Assembly (NCBI RefSeq): GCF_006345805.1 | Contig: NW_021835344.1 | Span: 1 to 42,502, forward strand | DNA from: Octopus sinensis | Taxonomy: Eukaryota | Reading direction: 5' to 3' | DNA length: 42,502 nt | Part shown: piece by piece, positions 40,001-42,502 of the stretch | Position numbering within the stretch: position 1 is the stretch's first letter | How the letters are laid out: each line of letters opens with the position of its first letter | The notes under the pieces: generated by a model | Seen by the model: the letters and a program-made list of their open reading frames with translations, nothing else | The model's database searches: none | Told to the model about the DNA's origin: nothing | Translations under genes and position numbers: made by a program

Positions 40001-42414
40001 AAAGTAGAAGAGGAGGCGGAGGAGGCGGAGCAGGAGGAGAGGTGGGGATGTTAGGAGGAGGACAAAGGAATGGATGACTGAGGAGGGGCAGCTGGGGATA
40101 GCAGCAGAAGGAGCAGGAAGAGTAGGGGGATGAAAAATAAGAGGGAAGTATTGGAAGAGAATGGAAAAGAGGGAGACCATTGAAGAAGCAGAAAGTACAG
40201 AGAAGAAAAAGAAGAAGAAGAAAAGAAGGCAAAGAAGAAGACAAAGAAGAAGTAGAACACGAAGAAAAGTAACACGAAGAAGAGAAGATAGAGTAGAAGA
40301 AGAATAAGAGGAAGAAGAAGAAGAAAAAGAAGTAGAAGAAGCAGAAGCAGAAGAAGGAGTAGAAGAAGAAGAAGAAGAAGAAGAAGGAAGAGGAGGAAAA
40401 AGGAGGAGGAGGAGAATGATGGGGAAGAATAAGTAGGAGAAGATGAAAAAGAAGATGAAGGAGGAGGAGGATGAGAATAACAAAAAGAAGAATATAAGAA
40501 GAAGAAAGAGGAGTAGGAGGAGAAGTAAATGTTGAAGTAGAAAGTAGTAGAAGAAGAAGAAGAAGAAGGAGAAGAAGTATAAGAAGAAAAAAAGAGTAGA
40601 AAAATGAGAAGAAGAAAAGAAAAAGGAGAAGGAGGAAACGAAGAAGAAGACGAATTAGAAGAAGACGCAGAATAAGAAGAAAAAGATGCGGGAGAGGAGG
40701 GGGAGGAGGAGAATTACAAGAAAAAAAGAGGAGGAGGGGCGGAGAGGATTGGGAAGAAAGAAAGAAGACGAAAAAAGAAGTAGAAGAGGAAGTGGAAAAA
40801 GGAGGAGGAAGCAATGAAGTGGAAAAGTAGGAGTAGAAGAAAAAGAAGAAGAATAAGAAGAAGGAGGAGGAGGAGGAGGCGTAGTTGAAAAAGTTGAAAG
40901 TAGAAGAGGATGTAGGAGAAGAAGACGAAGAAATAAGTAGAAGCGATAGAAGAAGAAAAGAATAAGGAGAATGAGAAGAAGAAGAAGAAGAAGAAGAAGA
41001 AGACTACGAAGAATGAAAAGAGTAGAAGAAGCAGAAGCAGAAGAGGAGTAGAAAGAAGAAGAATACAAGAAGAAAAAGAAGAAGAAGAAAGAAAATTAGA
41101 AGAGGAAGAGGAGGAGGATCAGGGGGAGGAGGAGAAGAAGTAGAAAAAAGAAAAGAAGAAAAAGAAGAGAAGAGAAGAAGAAGCAGAATAAGAGATGAAG
41201 AAGAAGAGAAGAAGAAGAGAAGAAAAAAGAAGGAGGAAAGAGGCATCAGAGATGGTGAGGTTGGAAGAAGAAGAAGAAAAAGAAGAAGATAAGAAGAAGA
41301 AGAAAAGAAGAAGAAGAAAAGAGAAGAAGAAGAAGAAGAAAAAAGAAGAAGAAAGAAAGAAGATACATTGAAAATCATGTTGTTAAAGACAAACTGAAAT
41401 GTTCTCAGAATATCAGAAAATAATTCAAGGAGAAGAACGATAATTTGGGCGAGAAGACATGGCTGAAAAATCAGGGAATCACGGAATCAGAAATCACATA
41501 TTCAAATGCACTCATACGCATTCTTATATCATAGTATCAACGACGAATGCGCTATGCACACTCACATCACCATATTCCCACTCACCCTTATGGAAATATG
41601 GTGAGAGATTATTATTTCATATCGCTTCATTGTCACAAGAATATTAGAAAACACACGCTTACAAGAAATATATCAGCAGTTTCAATGTATCAGGCGAAAT
41701 ATTCCAGCTTACAAGTACAGTAAGTATTTCAGGTTTACAGATAGAATGTATGTGACTATATTATTCGATTATATATTTTCCGCTTCCACTTCAGTTGCTC
41801 TCTTACATAAATAACGTGAAGTGAATGACAAAATTCGAAGTTGAATGATAATATCGAAACACGAAGGAGAATATTGAAATAAGAAATGGAGGAGGATGTA
41901 AAATATAAAATAAAGGAATAATATAGTCACATTTCACACAGAACTACACTTATATATGAACATACACATATACTTCAGCTAAAAATATTTGATGCAAACA
42001 TGTAAACTCACAAACGTTACAATTTCTAATACAATTCATATCAAAATCATTGAAAATTTGGGAACAAAAATGATTTATTTAGATGCGAATTGAATCAAAG
42101 CAACTACAATAAAGGAACATTATATTCTTCCTATTATTTCAATTTCTCTCTCAAATTCTCTCTCTTTCTTTCACATTGTCTCGCTCTCTCCTATTCTCTT
42201 TGTATCTTCCTAAATCTTGTTCATTCTACAAATTTGAATTGATTTTGTTCGGGGCAGTCTGAAATGTTATACATTTGTGAGCTTATATTTCAGCATCAAT
42301 TATTACTTTCGGATAATAGTATCAAGAAACTGAAGAACTTACAAGTATTTTAAATTTGAAAGCCCCGTGAATGCTCCTTCTTTGATGGTTGAAATGTTGT
42401 TGGCACCAAGATTT
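860..42414 (-). CDS. Partial multi-exon gene: adhesion-GPCR-like ectodomain (LRR x8 + LRR-CT + LU/Ly6-like + SEA-like + HRM); 5' end and GAIN/7TM not identified in window
   Basis: Exons in transcript order: 42414-42343, 39801-39730, 37806-37737, 36134-36063, 34110-34039, 32996-32925, 31266-31195, 27466-27395, 23073-22917, 18026-17941, 15977-15794, 11639-11557, 10552-10500, 4079-3925, 2518-2404, 1000-860. All have AG acceptors and GT donors. Phases chain consistently (LRR exons 2-2, then 2-1, 1-0, 0-1, 1-0, 0-2, 2-1, 1-2, 2-1). The joined translation gives recognisable LRR, CxC-type LRR-CT, CCxxxxCN and HRM motifs. Three exons need small indel corrections. Confidence 0.85.
1795..1985 (+). mobile_element. 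SINE copy, same family as 1-197
   Basis: gattacatagacccc...cttattttatcgatcccg...aaagtcgacc...tttgatctcagaatgtaaag. Confidence 0.75.
2005..2165 (+). mobile_element. SINE copy, same family, tandem with the previous copy
   Basis: ggataagtcg...ccccagtgctcaattggtatttatttcatcgaaccg...ggcaaagtcgaccttggcggaatttgaactcagaac. Confidence 0.75.
2404..2518 (-). CDS. Exon: N-terminal half of HRM domain (M)[37 protein letters not shown](C)
   Basis: Acceptor cttctttttcag and donor gttcgt; 115 nt, phase 1 to 2. Matches the C..W.xT.xG.....PC....A.R.C HRM pattern. Confidence 0.88.
3925..4079 (-). CDS. Exon: SEA-like domain part 3 [51 protein letters not shown]
   Basis: Acceptor tattttttatttcag and donor gtaagt; 155 nt, phase 2 to 1. 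Fits both neighbouring exons. Confidence 0.85.
4487..4539 (-). ncRNA. Minimal type-I hammerhead ribozyme motif, minus strand (also at 5033-5085, 5580-5632, 6123-6175, 6668-6720)
   Basis: Exact reverse complement of the + strand motif (tgagaacgtacgtttc...tcatcagctca). These copies are sense to the host pre-mRNA. Confidence 0.8.
7075..7127 (+). ncRNA. Minimal type-I hammerhead ribozyme motif (also at 7621-7673, 8166-8218, 8715-8767)
   Basis: Sequence reads tgag-CTGATGA-t aga agt...act aa tct t-GAAA-c gtac g-T T-ctca. The catalytic core is intact. Stem I is UGAG/CUCA, extendable to AAGG/CCUU; stem II is AGA-AGU/ACU-UCU; stem III is 2 bp with a palindromic ACGUACGU segment. Predicted cleavage is after GUU at 7123. 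Confidence 0.8.
10500..10552 (-). CDS. Exon: SEA-like domain part 2 [17 protein letters not shown](G)
   Basis: Acceptor ggctttttcag and donor gtaagc; 53 nt, phase 0 to 2. Bridges the 11557 and 4079 exons exactly. Confidence 0.82.
10663..10957. mobile_element. MITE (~295 bp) with ~38-bp imperfect terminal inverted repeats and TA flanks
   Basis: Left end ta|ttctgaaacgcaggataatgctaatgatataacgtgaac. The reverse complement of the right end reads ta|ttctcaaacgcaggataatgctaatagtatagcatgaac. No coding capacity. Confidence 0.75.
11557..11639 (-). CDS. Exon: SEA-like domain part 1 (G)[27 protein letters not shown]
   Basis: Acceptor caatccatag and donor gtgagt; 83 nt, phase 1 to 0. Confidence 0.82.
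12066..12686 (+). mobile_element. 5'-truncated Penelope-like element: RT-linker and GIY-YIG endonuclease, frameshifted
   Basis: [31 protein letters not shown]...[22 protein letters not shown]...[20 protein letters not shown]...TLDAHIW...KWKLL..A..Y..G...CDLC..E..EIL...LLNK.SE...C.H; three 1-nt frameshifts; 5' end directly after (TA)n. Confidence 0.9.
12760..14790. repeat. Compound (TA)n/(TG)n/(TATG)n microsatellite field with two ~100-bp duplicated islands (~13855-13957 and ~14005-14108)
   Basis: Direct inspection; agactagccttctaagagtgtagacatgaa occurs twice. Confidence 0.9.
15310..15607 (-). mobile_element. R4/Dong-clade non-LTR retrotransposon fragment (post-RT region), degenerate
   Basis: [66 protein letters not shown]....D..Y.KR..G.KGMISV; flanked by microsatellites. 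Confidence 0.85.
15794..15977 (-). CDS. Exon: LU/Ly6-uPAR-like domain C-terminal part [61 protein letters not shown]
   Basis: Acceptor ctattattacag and donor gtaagt; 184 nt, phase 0 to 1. Ends in CxxCCxxxxCN, the three-finger/LU signature. Confidence 0.92.
17585..17850 (+). mobile_element. Degenerate CORE-like SINE
   Basis: gcgtccttgaacaaggcacttcatttcactttgtcccagtc resembles the SINE CORE segment. Confidence 0.4.
17941..18026 (-). CDS. Exon: LU-like domain N-terminal part (N)[28 protein letters not shown]
   Basis: Acceptor ttgtattctgtag and donor gtaaac; 86 nt, phase 1 to 0. Joins in frame to the LRR-CT exon and to the 15977 exon. Confidence 0.85.
18674..18815 (+). mobile_element. 3' end of an RTE-like LINE: terminal C2H2-type finger, short 3' UTR and (TATG)n tail
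   Basis: [27 protein letters not shown] matches the CxxCxxxCxSxxGLxSHxRxH ending of RTE-type ORFs. Confidence 0.65.
18850..20069 (-). mobile_element. R4/Dong-clade LINE, 5'-truncated degenerate RT region
   Basis: HSWMLEAL...[15 protein letters not shown]...FFVDDLK.YAK...[12 protein letters not shown]...[10 protein letters not shown]...WTLDEIR....KSRKILT...FH....[13 protein letters not shown]....FECRII...KTMHGY; (TACA)n on both sides. Confidence 0.9.
20255..20445 (-). mobile_element. 3' end of an R4/Dong-like LINE followed by (TACA)n
   Basis: [17 protein letters not shown] resembles the ...IQKxALLGT..ILRK C-terminus of restriction-like-endonuclease LINEs. Confidence 0.5.
21415..21620 (-). 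mobile_element. SINE copy, same family as 1-197
   Basis: Reverse complement contains gtcgattggatcgaccccagt...cgaaaggataaaagcaaagtcgacctctgtggaatttgaacacagaacgtg...ctgccagcttgccgcc. Confidence 0.8.
22917..23073 (-). CDS. Exon: LRR C-terminal cap NLE[+1 indel][49 protein letters not shown]
   Basis: Acceptor ttctctttattattacag and donor gtaagt. N-x-C-x-C...C...C is the LRR-CT pattern. The exon is 157 nt and needs 158 for phase 2 to 1; for example, one missing A in gaaac. Confidence 0.8.
23672..23771. repeat. (AAT)n microsatellite
   Basis: About 33 near-perfect AAT units. Confidence 0.95.
23772..24040 (+). mobile_element. Short 3'-terminal fragment of an R4/Dong LINE inserted at (TAA)n
   Basis: [28 protein letters not shown]...VEHL/(K)[16 protein letters not shown] is the conserved C-terminus of R4/Dong ORFs. 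Confidence 0.85.
24041..24760. repeat. Compound (GAT)n microsatellite with GGT/TAT/AAT variants
   Basis: Direct inspection; this is the source of the spurious poly-Met ORF. Confidence 0.95.
25490..26045. repeat. 167-bp tandem minisatellite (~3 units plus a shorter lead unit)
   Basis: agagatgaca at 25491, 25621, 25788 and 25955 (spacings 130, 167, 167). Confidence 0.9.
26700..26900 (-). mobile_element. Degenerate SINE copy, same family as 1-197
   Basis: Reverse complement contains gtcgattacatcc...ctggtacttaattcatcgacccc...tttgaactcagaacatg. Confidence 0.65.
27395..27466 (-). CDS. 72-nt LRR exon [24 protein letters not shown] (last LRR before the cap)
   Basis: Acceptor tttgtctctttttcag and donor gtaagc; phase 2 to 2; LxxNxIxxxxxxAF pattern. 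Confidence 0.9.
27820..28270 (+). mobile_element. CORE-type SINE with internal (TA)n(TG)n tract
   Basis: Degenerate tRNA-like head, then gtggcaccttggacaaa...actataaccttggg, a microsatellite, and the tail tttacgtcccccgtaacttag...gcatggccgca...actgaaacaag. Confidence 0.7.
28930..30040 (-). mobile_element. Penelope-like reverse transcriptase fragment, interrupted by a CR1-type insertion
   Basis: 30040-29686: [11 protein letters not shown]...[14 protein letters not shown]...[15 protein letters not shown]. 29236-28930: [19 protein letters not shown]...YCRYI(YG)INI...[29 protein letters not shown]. Confidence 0.8.
29237..29685 (+). mobile_element. 3' end of a CR1/L2-group LINE with (AAACT)n tail
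   Basis: LSYEGR.KTL.../TRRRGDLI...LQGHSEKL...F.LN.RR.AFSVRV..PWNKLP.EIV.......FK..LD; tail aaactaaactaaact. Confidence 0.9.
30085..30345. repeat. (GAA)n microsatellite
   Basis: Direct inspection. Confidence 0.95.
31195..31266 (-). CDS. 72-nt LRR exon, type A: [24 protein letters not shown]
   Basis: Acceptor tttcctgcttcag and donor gtaagt; phase 2 to 2; typical 24-aa extracellular LRR. Confidence 0.92.
32925..32996 (-). CDS. 72-nt LRR exon, type B: [24 protein letters not shown]
   Basis: Acceptor ctttactgctatag and donor gtaagt; phase 2 to 2. Confidence 0.9.
34039..34110 (-). CDS. 72-nt LRR exon, type A: [24 protein letters not shown]
   Basis: Same splice context as 31195-31266; 4 substitutions relative to it. 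Confidence 0.92.
36063..36134 (-). CDS. 72-nt LRR exon, type B: [24 protein letters not shown]
   Basis: Acceptor ctttactgctatag and donor gtaagt; phase 2 to 2. Confidence 0.92.
37737..37806 (-). CDS. 70-nt copy of a type B LRR exon (2-nt deletion relative to 36063-36134; frameshifting if real)
   Basis: Identical to 36063-36134 except gtaacgaatatct versus gtaacgaagatatct on the + strand; splice sites intact. Confidence 0.6.
39730..39801 (-). CDS. 72-nt LRR exon, type B: [24 protein letters not shown]
   Basis: AG/GT intact; phase 2 to 2. Confidence 0.92.
42343..42414 (-). CDS. 72-nt LRR exon, type B: [24 protein letters not shown]
   Basis: AG/GT intact; phase 2 to 2. Confidence 0.92.
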
Positions 42415-42502
42415 CTATAGCAGTAAAGAAAGAGTAAAATAGATTATATGGAAAATATTTGTGACACGACATCAAACACTGTGACTTTAGAATGAAAGGA
42501 AG

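Larger units (their letters stand above)
30830..42502. repeat. Tandem intron-exon cassette array. Block A (~0.54 kb) at ~30830-31370 and ~33670-34215; block B (~1.15 kb) at ~31928, 35070, 36750, 38738 and 41362; separated by GAA/GGA-rich tracts
   Basis: Near-identical unique blocks, e.g. gacatggctgaaaaatcagggaat five times and cagaatcaa...aacaatgtgtaagaaaatagtagc twice. Each block contains one LRR exon. The array continues past the window end. Confidence 0.95.

Noticed and set aside
30057-41378. Long poly-Ser/Leu/Phe and poly-Glu/Lys ORFs
   Set aside because: Translations of intronic GAA/GGA tracts; lengths and frames differ between otherwise homologous cassettes.
32031-41647. Recurrent ORFs [12 protein letters not shown]... 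and MTILFLYF...NLKYLLYL in block B
   Set aside because: Frames break between copies. The ...LYL|gtaag end mimics an LRR donor, but there is no LRR consensus and no proper acceptor 72 nt upstream.

Overview
AT-rich, microsatellite-dense eukaryotic DNA. The SINE and LINE content looks like an octopod cephalopod genome; this is an inference, not a database result. The six-frame ORF track is almost all low-complexity noise and misses the real gene. Reading splice signals by hand gives a minus-strand multi-exon gene spanning nearly the whole window: 16 phase-compatible exons, with the 5' end beyond 42502 and the 3' end probably below position 1. It encodes at least 8 LRRs, an LRR-CT cap, a Ly6/uPAR(LU)-like Cys-rich domain, a SEA-like domain and a hormone-receptor (HRM) domain. 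This is the ectodomain of an adhesion-type GPCR with an unusual architecture. The 30.8-42.5 kb 'macrosatellite' is a tandem array of intron-exon cassettes, each carrying one symmetric LRR exon (72 nt; one copy reads 70 nt) and separated by 0.5-1.5 kb GAA/GGA tracts; substitutions between exons are mostly amino-acid changing. One intron holds a ~546-bp tandem array (4.2-9.0 kb) in which every unit has a minimal type-I hammerhead ribozyme. The array flips orientation in the middle, so the pre-mRNA could form a ~2-kb hairpin. Other introns carry fragments of Penelope-like, R4/Dong, RTE and CR1 retroelements, SINEs and a MITE. Three exons have small frameshifting indels, which could be assembly errors or pseudogenisation.
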